Counted from the first letter of the stretch, positions 11,924 through 25,508 are shown. The stretch is DNA of 64,000 nucleotides from Octopus sinensis (GCF_006345805.1 NC_042997.1:104966001-105030000), one strand, 5' to 3'. Program-made: numbers and translations. Notes: generated by a model from the sequence alone, not told the origin.

Positions 11924-14637
11924 ATGTTTGTGTGTGTTTATGTGGTAAAGAATACTTCATTCCTCTAGACACAGCAATTTTGCTGTACATGTTATACACA
12001 CACACACACACGCCCAAATACATATATGCAACGAAATTACTGTTTGCTGTGATGAGTGAACTATCTGCCGTTTCGAGGAGGGTCTTTTCTTCATTGTTAA
12101 GATAACAGTGTGTGGACTTGGGAGAATAAAATATCTATACTTCAGTAATTGGCTGCAGATAATGGGAAACGCAAGGCACCGTGTGTGTACATACGTGTAT
12201 GTACCGAGAGCATTAGGAGAGAGAATCATGGTGAAAGCGGAAGAAGTGTAGGTAAATAAAAAGAGGAACCCTGGCGGGTGAAGGTGAGGTAGAGTGAAAA
12301 CTTGAGTTAATATTAACATTGAAAGATAAAAAATGGCATTATTTAAATAAGAAGGAGTAGGAGTGAGGGAGTAGAAAGAAAAATTCTATTCAAACTTGTT
12401 ATTACCTTGATTCTGGGATTTGAACTCTGTCTCTGAACAAATATTATAAATCAATTTCTCAGATGCTCTAATGACTCCGCCAATTCACCGATACCTTCAT
12501 CATTTTGTTTTCATATGAAGCACCATTTCTAACTGGGTCGTCTTCACCCCCAACTAAATTCGATTGAATGAAATAATTAAAATTAACCACCTTGTTTCTT
12601 TGTTGGTAGATTTTTAAATACCCCTACAAGTATTTTATTTTTTTGTATTGATATTCGAAACTTAACCGTATTATTCCGTTGCACTTTGTTCTATAAGTGA
12701 GATCCTACTAAATGTATCTTTCACATCATCCTTCCACTCATCCCTGTATTTTTCATCACATATATATGTGCATGTGTGTATGTCTATACTTTTATAGGTA
12801 CACATGTATGCGCGTGCACTCGCATCATGCGCACACTCACACACAAAAGCGCACACATAATAGCCACACATACATGGAAAATCATATGCGCATATTTTTT
12901 GCAAACTCCGGTTCAAACCCCTCACATTAATATTTTGTAATACTATTTATTGATTGCGTTGTTTATAAGATTCATTTCCTCTTCACTCCATATTTTTTAT
13001 GTATTATTCTCTTAACCGTCAAGTATCGATTCTCTAAAAAAAGAAAAAAATAGGAGGAAGGAAGACCATAGAAGAAAAGACCATTCTACAAAAGTCTAAT
13101 AGTCAATTGTATTGCCACTTAGTATTTTTATCAGATATCTATTTTATTGAATATGGTAGCATGAACGGCAAAAATGCAAGCAGCAGGATTTAGAATGACA
13201 GAGATCTATACAGAGCTTGTAGAGATCTCTGTTCTCTGTCAGTCAAGGTTATTTACTTACCAGCATCTGCGTGTGCAGGCTTATGCACGGTTTCTTACAA
13301 TCAGTCTTTATTTATTTTCCTTGACTTGCAAGTCTCTTCTCTTCACGTTATCTAAGGGAAAGACTGCCGATTCAGCTTGGCACAAGTGCCATCGCGGGCG
13401 TTGTTGCTTTCAGAAAGCAAAATGCCAGAACAAAGCTAAAGTTAATCTTAGCGAAATTTGAACTTAGTACCTAAAGAGCCAGAAGAAATTCTTTACCGCA
13501 TTTGATACTGCACACTCATAATTCTCTGCCTTGGCAACTAGCTAAATGTTGTAAATAAACATATCGACAGCACATTATTTTGGCTGCTACTTCTAGCATT
13601 CTTAATCCTTTTACACTGTCTATTTCTCGTCTCCACTTTTACGCCTTTCTAAAGTATCATTTTCAATTGCAGCCTCTCTCTCCTTTCTCAATTTCCCCAC
13701 TCCACCTTTTTCTATCCCTCTCTCTCTCTCTCTCTTTCTTTCATTCTCTCTCTTCCTCCCTCTCTCTGTCTCTCTCTCTTTCACTCTCTCACACTCCCTC
13801 TAATGTATTGCACATTTCTGAACAACGTTCCTATACCCTTCTCCTTCACGCCTTTCTCTTCAAATTATTACTTCAATATCCTTCGTACTTTTCATCCAAT
13901 TTCCACTGGCCTTCATTTCTTCCTTTCTTCTCCTTATCTTGCCCTCTTTCTATCTTCCTCTCCTTGTTTCCATAACTCTCGCACCATCGCGTTCTCTAGT
14001 TCTCTCCATGTGACTAATAAGTCTCCACTATCTTGACGTCACATGCTCCATTCCTCCCCTCCCTCTATGCATAAATACAAACATACATCTAAGTACTTAT
14101 GAGTATAAATAAATACATATATATACACACACACATATACATATATATATATGTATGTATGTATGTATGCATGTATGTATGTGTGTGTGTGTATAAAAGA
14201 AAATACCATGTTGTGATAATGTCTGGTTAATCCTTAAACACTGTTTACATGGAATCTATTAAATTTATTCATGATGTTGATGCTTTCGCTGTTGTGGTTG
14301 TTATTGTTATTAGTAGTAATGTTGATGCTGAGGCTCTGCTGTTAATTTTTGACATTCTATAAGATTGCCGACAAGTTATGAGGCTCTGTGTTGTGCACGG
14401 AGCATTTGTGTGTAGACCAGCATGTGGAGAACGACTGCGAACTGAAAGTAAAAGTGAAAAAGAAAAGAAAGGCAGAAAAAACGAAATAAAAACCTCGCAT
14501 GTACTTACATGACTACATATGTAAGCATATATGCGATTATAGGGTTGGGGGTTAGTGTTGAGATACACTCTGACTCTATCTCTTTCACTCTTTATCTCTC
14601 TCTCTCGCTACTTATATATGTGTGTATGTGTCTGTAG

Positions 14638-14639
<2 letters not shown>

Positions 14640-14699
<60 letters not shown>

Positions 14700-14751
14700 G
14701 TATATTTTATATACCTATGTATCTATATATATATATATGTATATATATATG

Positions 14752-14783
<32 letters not shown>

Positions 14784-14822
14784 ATATATATATTTATGTA
14801 TATATTTATATACCTATGTATT

Positions 14823-14888
<66 letters not shown>

Positions 14889-14935
14889 TATATACATGTG
14901 TGTGTATATATATAATATATATATATATATATCGT
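14640..14935. repeat. Interrupted (TA)n array
   Basis: Read directly from the sequence. Confidence 0.95.
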
Positions 14936-15479
14936 ACACAATTACACTCGCATGCACTAACATATTTGCACATGCACACGCTATTCGTGTTGTGTTGATT
15001 TGCGCATTTTGATATATTGCTACTGGCGCCCTTCTGTTCACAGTCTTACCCTGTTAAGAAGTAGTTTCAATATTTATCGTTTCCGTTATATGTTGCGTCT
15101 CCAATTATCATTTTATCTATGAGGTTAGTAAGTGTTAACATATTTAAGGCATGGTACATTCGAAAGATAACTAGAGCTAATTATGTGAAGAAAAAAAACG
15201 ACAATTTTTGTCAGAGGCTAATGTTTTTTATTATTTGTTTTTGAAGCATACTGGGGAGGTAACTCAATCGATGTTCTAATCATATTATGATCTCCTCTAC
15301 GAGGTAGTTATTTCCAGTTAGATTTTTAGTGATTTCTCCTTTAACTATATTAACACGAATTAAATTGTTGTTTCGAAATCGATAGGCTGGAGTCTTATTG
15401 GCCACATTTTTCTTAACTCTTGTTTTCTAAGTTTTTGCTTTTGTTGTTGTTGTTGTTATTATAATTATTTATGTTATTA

Positions 15480-15692
15480 AGGCGGCGAGCTAGCAGAATC
15501 GTTAACACGCCGGGGAAAATTCTTAGCGGCGTTTCGCCCGTCGCTATGTTCTGAGTTCAAATTCCGCTGAGGTCGACTTTGCCTGTCATCTCTTCGAGGA
15601 TGATGAATCAAGTATCAATAAAACACTGAGGTCGATGTAATCGACAAGTCCCCTCCTACAAAATTTCAGGCCTTGTACCTTTATTAGAAAGG
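15480..15692 (+). mobile_element. SINE family C
   Basis: ggcggcgagctagcagaatcgttaacacgccgg...gagttcaaattccgctgaggtcgactttgcc. Confidence 0.9.
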
Positions 15693-15704
15693 ATTATTAT
15701 TATT

Positions 15705-15908
15705 ATCATTTCTTTTTATCACAGGTTTTGTTGGAACCCGCGGAGTCATAGACGCGTAGCGGGCTTGATGCCGCAGCCTATAGTACCATGATTTCTGTTC
15801 TTTTCAACTATCCAATGATTTCCTGATTATTCTGGCCATGTCAGGGAGGCGAACCTTTTGTAACAGTTCCACTGGGCACTCTATTCCGTTTTCCTTTATA
15901 TTCCTCTA
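15705..15908 (-). mobile_element. R4-type LINE extreme 3' fragment
   Basis: Minus strand reads ...DMARIIRKSLDS* (cf. GTARILRxxL at R4 C-termini), then a short 3' UTR and an aatgataataataat tail; its 5' side abuts a (TAA)n array. Confidence 0.5.
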
Positions 15909-15910
15909 CA

Positions 15911-15980
<70 letters not shown>

Positions 15981-15981
15981 C

Positions 15982-16400
15982 ATTGAGTGAGAGAGCAGAG
16001 CATGCTATCAAAGCCTAGTATAACCATCATGACTACCCGTCTGATAAGGGTACTCCAGGTACATGCATCACAACCATATGTGCGCGACAGAAAAATCTCA
16101 TATCAAGATAAACACCTCATGACCTTTCAGGTGGGGTCCTGTTAGGATTTTGTTCACGTCGAGTAGCCCATCCCGCACAAAAGGTCCCTGGATAAGGGTT
16201 GTTTAAGGAGGTTGAACAAAACCTCCATGTTTCCAAAGGTGAATTATCCAAACGCCAAAGAATTCCTCTCAACACATGGCTATGGTGCTCCCCTACTACG
16301 TCTGCTCGTGATCAGAGATGCGCATGTTGCGAGCCACTAAGGGACATGGTAGACTGGTTTAGATCAAACAACCGACAAGCAAATTGTGCGTCCCCTAAAA
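15982..16400 (-). mobile_element. Family D repeat, 5'-truncated
   Basis: Reverse complement of the 20680-21190 element; ends ctgctctctcactcaa into (TAA)n at 15910-15981. Confidence 0.85.
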
Positions 16401-16439
16401 TTGTTTGCTTTGTATCAAAATTTGAAGCAATTATCATAT

Positions 16440-16566
16440 AATTTAGCAGTTCGGCAAAAGAGACTAGGCTTACAAAGAATAAGTCCTGAGGTTGATTTGC
16501 TCGACTAAAGGTGGTGCTCCAGCATGGTCACAGTCACATGACTGAAACAAGTAAATGAGTAAGAGT
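16440..16566 (+). mobile_element. SINE family A 3' fragment
   Basis: cagttcggcaaaagagac...ccagcatggtcacagtcacatgactgaaacaagtaa. Confidence 0.85.
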
Positions 16567-16725
16567 ACAAAGATATACTTGTATATACATATATACACTT
16601 GTGTATATATATATATATGTATATATATATGCACATATATATCCATGTGCATGCATATATGGATATATATATAAACACATATGTCTATACGTGTACATAT
16701 ATATATATGTATATACATGTACATA

Positions 16726-16760
<35 letters not shown>

Positions 16761-16829
16761 TATGTATATATATTTATGTGTGTATATGTATATATATATG
16801 CATATATGTGTGAGTGTGTGTGTTTGCGT

Positions 16830-17035
16830 GCCTGTGTCTGTGTTTGTACCACCACCATCACTTGAATACCGGTGTTGTTGTGTTTATGTCGCCATAAGTT
16901 AGTCGTTTGCAAAAGACACCGATAGAATAAGTACTTTGCTTACAAAGAATATATCCTGTTGTCAATTTCTTCGAGTAAAGGTGGTTCCCTATCATGGCCA
17001 CAGTCACATGACTGAAGTAAGTAAGACAATAAAAA
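16830..17035 (+). mobile_element. SINE family A 3' half, diverged
   Basis: gtctgtgtttgt...gatagaataagtact...catggccacagtcacatgactgaa. Confidence 0.8.
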
Positions 17036-17084
17036 ACTATGACATTTTTTATCTTGAGCAACGCCGGGTATCTCTGCTAATATC

Positions 17085-17120
<36 letters not shown>

Positions 17121-17587
17121 TAAATATCTATTATTGTATTTGTATATGCACGTGTATACACAAACGAACGACAAATATGAACGAGGGATGCGGAATTTCG
17201 ATAAGTAGAAATACACACATACCTACATATTTGCATACATACATATGGACATATATATACGTATATACATGTGTGATGTACGTATGTATATATGTGTGTA
17301 GGTATGCATTCACACGAAGGTAGGTAGATATATAGACACAGGGACAGAGAAAGAGAGTGGGAGAGAGAAAAGAGTGAGATAGAGATAGGGATAGAGAGAG
17401 ATGGTGGGATTGGAGAAGAAAAAATCCTCCAAGATAAATTTGCTTTCTATGAGTACGTAAGTAAATATATGTTTACGTTACATTTCTGCACATCTGTATG
17501 AATTTTCATTGACATGACTTGAGGGCCATCCATTATAAATGTGTATGTACATGTGTGTGTATGCATGTATGTATACGTATATACGTA

Positions 17588-17589
<2 letters not shown>

Positions 17590-17629
<40 letters not shown>

Positions 17630-17731
17630 TATATATATATATATATATGTTTATATATATATATATATATATATACATATATACATATATACATATATAC
17701 ATATATATATATATACATATATATATATAAC

Positions 17732-17797
<66 letters not shown>

Positions 17798-17815
17798 TAT
17801 ATATATATTTTATAT

Positions 17816-17913
<98 letters not shown>

Positions 17914-17930
17914 TATATATAATATATATA

Positions 17931-17984
<54 letters not shown>

Positions 17985-18014
17985 TATATAATATATATAT
18001 ATATTATATATATA

Positions 18015-18058
<44 letters not shown>
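17590..18058. repeat. ~470-bp (TA)n array
   Basis: Read directly from the sequence. Confidence 0.97.
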
Positions 18059-18059
<1 letters not shown>

Positions 18060-18354
18060 GGCGAGAGCACAGATATATATGTACACATTGTACTTACTTA
18101 TATGCGGATGATGTGTGCATGCGTGTGAGTTAATTCGAGTTTGCTCGTTAATCTCTATTTAACGGAGTTATGAACTCGTCATATATTTTTTTTATAGGAT
18201 TTTCTTCTTTTTCGTTTTTATAACATCTTAAATTCATCTCTAAAATAGTTGCCAGCTATTGACTAGGTCCTTATCATATTCTACTTGTACTTCTCCTTCT
18301 CACCCCACTTCTTTCTTCTTTCTTCTTTCGATTTTTTTTTCCTTCGTGCTACCT

Positions 18355-18524
18355 CACCATCATCGTTCTTCTCTTCTTCTTCTCCTCGGCACCATCCTCA
18401 GTATCATCATCACCATTGTCATAATCATCATCATCATTGTCATAATCATCATCATCATTGTCATAATCATCATCATCATCATCATCATCATCGTCATCGT
18501 CATCATCATCATCATCACCACCAC

Positions 18525-18562
<38 letters not shown>

Positions 18563-18565
18563 CCC
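18355..18565. repeat. (CAT)n array with three cattgtcataatcat-type units
   Basis: Read directly from the sequence. Confidence 0.9.
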
Positions 18566-18812
18566 ATCGTTGTCCTCGTAATCGTCCCCATTCTCCTAAT
18601 TATTATCATCTTCATCGTAATGTCCATCATTAGTTTTCTTTCTGTTACCAACTTTCTTTTGTTGGTGACAACTTTTCTTTCTGTTACCAACATCACTCTA
18701 CAAAGGCATTGTACAAAACTCTGATTTGAAAATATTAAAGAGAAAGAAGACACACACACACACACACACTGACAAACACACATGCATTTACACACACACA
18801 CACGTATACACA

Positions 18813-18855
<43 letters not shown>

Positions 18856-18924
18856 CATATATACATATATTATATATAATATATATATACATATATATAT
18901 ATATATATTACATATATATATATA

Positions 18925-18962
<38 letters not shown>

Positions 18963-19810
18963 TGTGTGTGTGGGTGGGGTACGTAGGGTGTGTAAGTGTA
19001 TGTGTGCTTATGTGTTTTTATATATATAATAGTTATATTTATGTATATATATATTAGTTATATATATATATATTATATATATAATTATAGATATATAGAT
19101 AAATATATACATATATGTGTGTGTGTGTATCTGTGTGTGTGTGTGAGTGTGTGTGTATGTATACGCTCGTATATTATACATTGAGCGCTTTTTTATGCTA
19201 TGGTGATGATGCTTCTCCTCACTGACCTGACATTTGCCCCTTTCCACTTTACTTACGTGAAGGGAACTTTGCTGCTACTAATTAAATCAAGAAGACCAAA
19301 GAAAACAAATATCACTTTTAAATTGGATCCACAAGCCGTCTTATGAAACATCTTGCTTACGGTCGACAAGGTAGGAAGGCAAGCGGAGGTATTTGCAGGG
19401 CAAATAAACAAGTCAGCACCCTTCACCTTCCATCGTCATCATCTTCTTTGTCGTCGTCGTTGTCGTCGTCGTCATCGTCGTCATCATCACCTCGATTATG
19501 CGCAAATGTAGTAACAAAAGCGAATAATCAAAATACTAATAGATTTATAATCATGACAAGTAGAAGAGAAAGAGTATGGAAAGAGAGTAGGATAATGGGG
19601 ATGGCGGCGGCAATGGTGATTGTGGTGGGGGTGAGGTGGGGGGATGACGGTGACAGAAGTAGTGTTGTTGATTATGCGATGATACTCTCTCTTCTTCATT
19701 TTCATCTACGTGAAACGTAATACCTGTTGCATTAATTATAAAGTGGATCCCGACATATATACATGCGATGAATCGAAATGCCGCAAAGATCCTTTCCATT
19801 TTAGTAATAT

Positions 19811-20229
19811 ACTCTTTTACTCTTTACTCTTTTACTTGTTTCAGTCATTTGACTGCGGTCATGCTAGAGCACCGCTTTTAGTCGAGCAAATCGACCCCGG
19901 GACTTATTCTTTGTAAGTCCAGTATTTATTCTATCTGTCTCTTTTGCCGAACCGCTAAGTCAAGGGGACGTAAACACAACAGCATCGGTTGTCAAGCAAT
20001 GCTGGAGGGACAAACACAGACACACAAACATATACACACACATACATATATATATATACATATATACGACAGGCTTCTTTCAATTTCCGTCTACCAAATC
20101 CACTCACAAAGCATTGGTCGGCCCGAGGCTATAGCAGAAGACACTTGCACAAGATGCCACGCAGTGGGACTGAACCCAGAACCATGTGGTTGGTAAGCAA
20201 GCTACTTACCACACCGCCACTCCTGCGCC
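19811..20229 (-). mobile_element. SINE family A, full length
   Basis: Complete head-to-tail match to the other copies. Confidence 0.93.
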
Positions 20230-20284
20230 TATTAATATATTAATATATATTAAATATATTATATATATTAATAATAATAATGGC

Positions 20285-20482
20285 TTCAAATTTTGCCACA
20301 AGAACATCAATTTTGGTGGTGGTGGGTACCAGTTGTTCAACTGGTATCTTTTTTTATCGATCCCGAGGGATGAAAGGCTAAGTCGACCTCATCAGAATTT
20401 GAACACGGAACGGAGCGGCGGGCAACATACCGCTCTAGTATTTCGTCCAGCGCGCTAACAATTCTGCCAGCTCGCTGCCTTA
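20285..20482 (-). mobile_element. SINE family C
   Basis: ggatgaaaggctaagtcgacctc...ctaacaattctgccagctcgctgcctt. Confidence 0.85.
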
Positions 20483-20599
20483 ACAACTACAACAATGACA
20501 ACAACAACAACAATTACAAAAACAACAACAACAATAATAATAATAATAATAATGAAAATGATGATGATGATGATGATGATGATAATGATGATAATGATG

Positions 20600-20670
<71 letters not shown>

Positions 20671-20679
20671 CATAATCAT

Positions 20680-21188
20680 AAATGCCCTGATGCAGTACCA
20701 GGCAGTGGCTCTCTTGGCTTCTGATCTTAACTGATTGGAAGTGCTATCATATACATTGTTTTGTCTTGGCATAAGAGATGTGCTGCAGCAAATATTCTGC
20801 TCAATACCACAGATTTGCTTGTCAGTTGTTTGACCATAACAAATTGACCATGTCCCTTAGTGGCTGATGATATGTGCATCTCTGATAACGAGCAGAAGTA
20901 GTGGGGGAGCATCATAGCCGTGTGTTGAAAAGAATTCTTAGAGGTTTGGATAATTCACCTTTGGAAACCCTGGTGTTTCGTTCAATATCCTTAAACAATC
21001 CTTATTCAGGGACCTTTTGATTGGGATGGGCTGTCATGCGCTGTTTATCTTGATATGAGATTACCATGTCGCGCACATATGGTTGTGATGCATGTGCCGA
21101 GTGTACCCTTATCAGACGGGTAGTCATGATGGGTATACTGCTCGTATATTTTACCCCAGTGTCACTTTGATGCACTGCTCTCTCGCTC

Positions 21189-21190
<2 letters not shown>
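20680..21190 (+). mobile_element. Family D repeat (both ends present, ~45-nt internal deletion) embedded in (TAA)n
   Basis: Starts aaatgccctgatgcagtaccaggcagtgg, ends ctgctctctcgctcaa(taa)n; at least seven related copies in the window. Confidence 0.88.
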
Positions 21191-21220
<30 letters not shown>

Positions 21221-21258
21221 TAATAATAATGATGATGATGATGATTATAATAATAATG

Positions 21259-21290
<32 letters not shown>

Positions 21291-21291
<1 letters not shown>

Positions 21292-24200
21292 GCGGTACGT
21301 ACATTAAACCTACACAAAAAAGTACGAAAAACTACACGTGCGAAATAATGTGACAACAGAAAATAACGGCGGACCGGTACCCCTACGAAAATGACGACCG
21401 TCAAATAATGGGCCGGACGTTGTACCTCATGTCCCGCAAATAAAACCCAAAAGACGTAAATGGACACGTGAGGAATACATTTCTATCTTACACGCATACT
21501 TCACAGCAGTCCTCTACCAAAAAATGAAAATACAACAACCACATACATAAAAATATGGAAGGAAAAATAATAGAGATTTAGACTTGGATACAGCAATGAA
21601 CCCTAATAAATTAGCTAACGTACGAAGATACATTCTCAACACAAAAAAATATCAGAAATAGAATAGAACACCTAAAGAAACATACACCGGAAAATGTAGA
21701 TAGAAGCCACACAACAATGCCCAATAATATAACACTGAAACTGTAAAACAAACGAAGACAACACAACATTCCCAACAAACACGATGTAAACAACGAAGGG
21801 GAGCCTAATGATTATGATAATATAAAAAATAAAATAATCAAAGAACTGAAAACCACAGAGCTCAAAATGGACCACCGACCATACCTCCCAAGAATCAAAA
21901 TAAACGAAATAACAACACCTATTATAACAGCATAAACCTAGCCGTCACTGAACTGATAGCCACTGAAAAAAAAAAGTGATATCACTGAGCTAAATAACCT
22001 AATATACGCAGCAGCCACTGCAGCCACAAAAAGCTGATACTCACCCAAACCCGCCCAAACAGGAGTACCACCACCCAAACAAACCCTGTGGATAAATAAC
22101 ATCCAAAGCAAAATAAAAAAAAATGGAAAAGACCTGTCGATCTTAATGAATCAGCAAGAATCAACGCTACTGAGCAACAAAAAGAGAACAAAAATACTCC
22201 GCAATATAACATGACAGAGAAAGATTTGCCTGAAATAAAGAAAAGCTGAAGCAAGATATCCTTGCCAAAGCACAAAGGATCCGCCGGTACAAGAAACGCC
22301 AACGCTTCTTTGAAGAAACAAAAAGTTCAACTCCAACCCCAAAAAGTTCTACCAAGAACTGGGCAAAAATAAAATAGAAGTCACTGCAGCACCAACAGCA
22401 AGAATTGGAAGAATTCTGGGAGAAATATGGTCGGCGAACGAACCACCCAAAAAAAGGAGTATCAAAACAACAAACTCGGCATCTGAACAAATTTGGACCC
22501 CCATAACAACTGAAGAGTCACCCAGGCACTGCAAAGACTAAGCACTGGAAGGCACCTGGGCATGACAAGATCCCCAACTTCTGGTTGAAATATCTAACAG
22601 GAATGCCAAAAAGCTGGCTGAAAACTTAACAACGTACTAGCAGAGCCAGAGACAATGCCTGAATGGCTCACGAAGGGGAAAACCATCTTAATTCCCAAAT
22701 CAAATGAAACAGAAAAACCAGAAAACTACAGACCAATAACCTGCCTCCCTACTATGTTCAAGGCATTTACTGCAGTGATATCACAAAGCTGAACAAGCAC
22801 CTGGACGAAACAAACTGTTCCCAAAGAGCAGAAAGGATGCACGCAAAGGCATCAACTAATGATTAATAAAGCCATAACTGAAGACAGCCACAGAAAGAAG
22901 AAAGGCCTCAGTATGGCCTGGATTGACTACAAAGGCGTTTGATAGCATCCCCCAACATGGATCCTCGAAACACTAGCCATTAACAAAGTAGCACCAACAA
23001 TCATAAAATTCATAGAGCACTCTATGAATAAATGGCAAACAGTCCTACACCTCCAAACAAAAGAGGGACTCATGAAAACCAAAGACATCCCCATTAGAAA
23101 GGAATATTCCAGGGAGACACGCTCTCTCCACTCCTTTTCTGCTTGGCACTGTCACCTCTATCTGATATGCTAAATAGAACTGGATGCGGATATAAATGTT
23201 ACGGCAAAACGATCAGCCACCTTTTATATATGGATGACCTAAACTATACGCTGCAAATGACAAACAGCTGGAAACACTATTAAAGACAGTTCATGGATTT
23301 ACCAAAGAAATAGATATGAAATTTTGGATTAGAAAAATGCGCCAAAGTAACCATGAAAAGAGTAACAACATCACACTAGATGAAGCAAATGAAATAAAAA
23401 TTAGACCAAAGCCAAACTTACAAATACTTAGGAATTCATGAACTAGATAAGACACAACACACACAAATGAAAGAGAAAATAAAAAAAGAATATTATAGAC
23501 GAGTTAGATCAATACTAACACAGAGCTCAATGCTAAAACAAGATAATAGGTATCAACACTTTAGCTGTCCCAGTGATAAGTTACAGCTACATATCCTTAA
23601 CTGGACACGAAATGAACTGACCAAATAGACAGGAAAACAAGAAAAATAATGACAGGATCTAGGATGCATCGCCCAAACTGACATAGAAAGACTATATATA
23701 CAACGTATAGAAGGTGGTAGAGGCCTTATACAGCTGGAAAACTACTATAAAATAACCACCATAGGACTGCAAAAATATCTACTTCAGAAGGAAGGAAAAC
23801 TGATCCAAGATAGCGGCAAAACACGAGCAAAACAAAAAACTGTTCTCAGTATTTAAGGAAGCTGACAAATACACCAAGAAATCATACACCTAATAAACAT
23901 GAAGAAGAAGAAGATGAAGAAACAACAAAAGCTATAAAAAAAATGAAACCCAACTAAAAATAGAACAGCAACGAACCATGATAAAACGATGGCAAGAAAA
24001 GCCCTCTTCTGTAAATACTGGACTAAACTAAAAAACGCAAAAGAAATAGACAAAGAAAAATCCCAGCAATGGTTGAGAAGCTCAGGACTCAAAGCAGAAA
24101 CAGAGGGATTTTTAATTGCAGCACAAGACCAAAGCCCCCCCACCAGAAATTACCAAAAACATGTAATGAAAAGAAATATTACAAGTAACTGCAGATATGT

Positions 24201-24844
24201 GGAGATGGACAAGAAACAATAAATCACATTATCTCTAGCTGCCCAGTCCTGGCTAAGAGGAATATATTCACAGACATGACAGAGTTGGACCTACATACAT
24301 TGGAAGCTATGCCAACATTATGGAATAACACACAGAAAAAGATGGTATAGGCACACACCAGAAAAGGTCACAGAAAACGAGAAAGCAACCATACTCTGGG
24401 ATATGCCGATACACACAGATAGAGAAATTAAGCCACAGACCAGATATAGTTGTCAGAGACCATGAAGAAAAAAATGCTTTCTAATTGATTATCAGTACCG
24501 GCAGATGACAACGTGTCTCTAAAAGAAATGGAGAAACCTCTCAAAATACAAAGACCTGGAAATAGAGGTAACTAGAATGGAATCTGAAAAAACAGAAATT
24601 CCTATCATAGTAGGTTATAGGCATGATAAAAAAATATTCAGACAAATACATAACAAAAACACCAGGACTTACAAACACATATAACATACAGAAAATTGCA
24701 CTACTAGGCACTGCACACATCCTACGCAGAACACTTTCCATACAATAACCATCAGAGCATCACAACAAATCACAGCACATACCTAAGGCACACAGAGCTG
24801 CGCTCGGTAGTGAAGTGAAAGCACGCTATAAAAATAAAACTACT
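21291..24844 (+). mobile_element. Near full-length R4/Dong-clade non-LTR retrotransposon (RT plus restriction-like endonuclease), frameshifted
   Basis: N-terminal RRKWTREEY motif; RT GIFQGDTLSPLLFCLAL (~23101) and HLLYMDDLKLYA (~23218); Zn knuckle CRxCGDGQETINHIISSC (~24190); RHD; PD-(D/E)xK RPDIVVRD...CFLID (~24440); C-terminal ALLGTAHILRRTL. Confidence 0.93.
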
Positions 24845-25076
24845 TCAGGGACCTTTTGAGCGGGATGGGCTACTCAACCTGAAGAAAATTCTAACTGGGC
24901 CCCACCTGCAAGGTCATGTGCTGTTTATCTTGATATGAGATCACCATGTCGCGCACATATGGTTGTGATGCATGTGCCTGGTGTACCCTTATCAGACGGG
25001 TAGTCATGATGGGTATATTGGGCTTCGTATATTTTACCCCAGTGTCACTTTGATGGCATGCACTGCTCTCTCACTC

Positions 25077-25078
<2 letters not shown>
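24845..25078 (+). mobile_element. Family D 3' half fused to the LINE 3' end
   Basis: tcagggaccttttgagcgggatggg...tctctcactcaa(taa)n. Confidence 0.88.
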
Positions 25079-25116
<38 letters not shown>

Positions 25117-25134
25117 TCATATTTCGGTATAAGT

Positions 25135-25508
25135 CGAGCAATTTAGGGAGAGGGGTATGTTGATTACATCGACCCCAGTTCTTCAATGGTAGTTATTTCA
25201 TCGATCCCGAATGGATGAAAGGCAAAGTCGACATCTGCGGAATTTGATCTCAGATCGTAAATACGTGCGAAATGTGCAAAGCGATGATGATGATGGTTTT
25301 AAATTTTTCCACAAGGGCAGCGATTTCGGGGAAGGGTATTAGTCGATTATATAAACCCCAGTGTTCAACTGGTACTTATTTTATCGACCCCGAAACGATA
25401 ACAGATAAAGTCGATCTCAGTGGAATTTGGACTCAAAACTTTGCAACGGGCAAAATGGAGCTAAGAATGTTGCTCAACGTGCTAACGATTCTGCCAGCTC
25501 TCCGCTTT
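25135..25508 (-). mobile_element. Two tandem SINE family C copies
   Basis: Two gatgaaaggcaaagtcgac-type cores (~25215 and ~25405). Confidence 0.8.

Noticed and set aside
13198-13232. 15-bp hairpin acagagatctataca/tgtagagatctctgt
   Set aside because: Too short for a miRNA precursor, built on agatct palindromes, and does not extend.
20995-25078. A ~200-bp target-site duplication around the R4 LINE
   Set aside because: The two D segments differ by a ~45-nt deletion and several substitutions, so they are independent copies.
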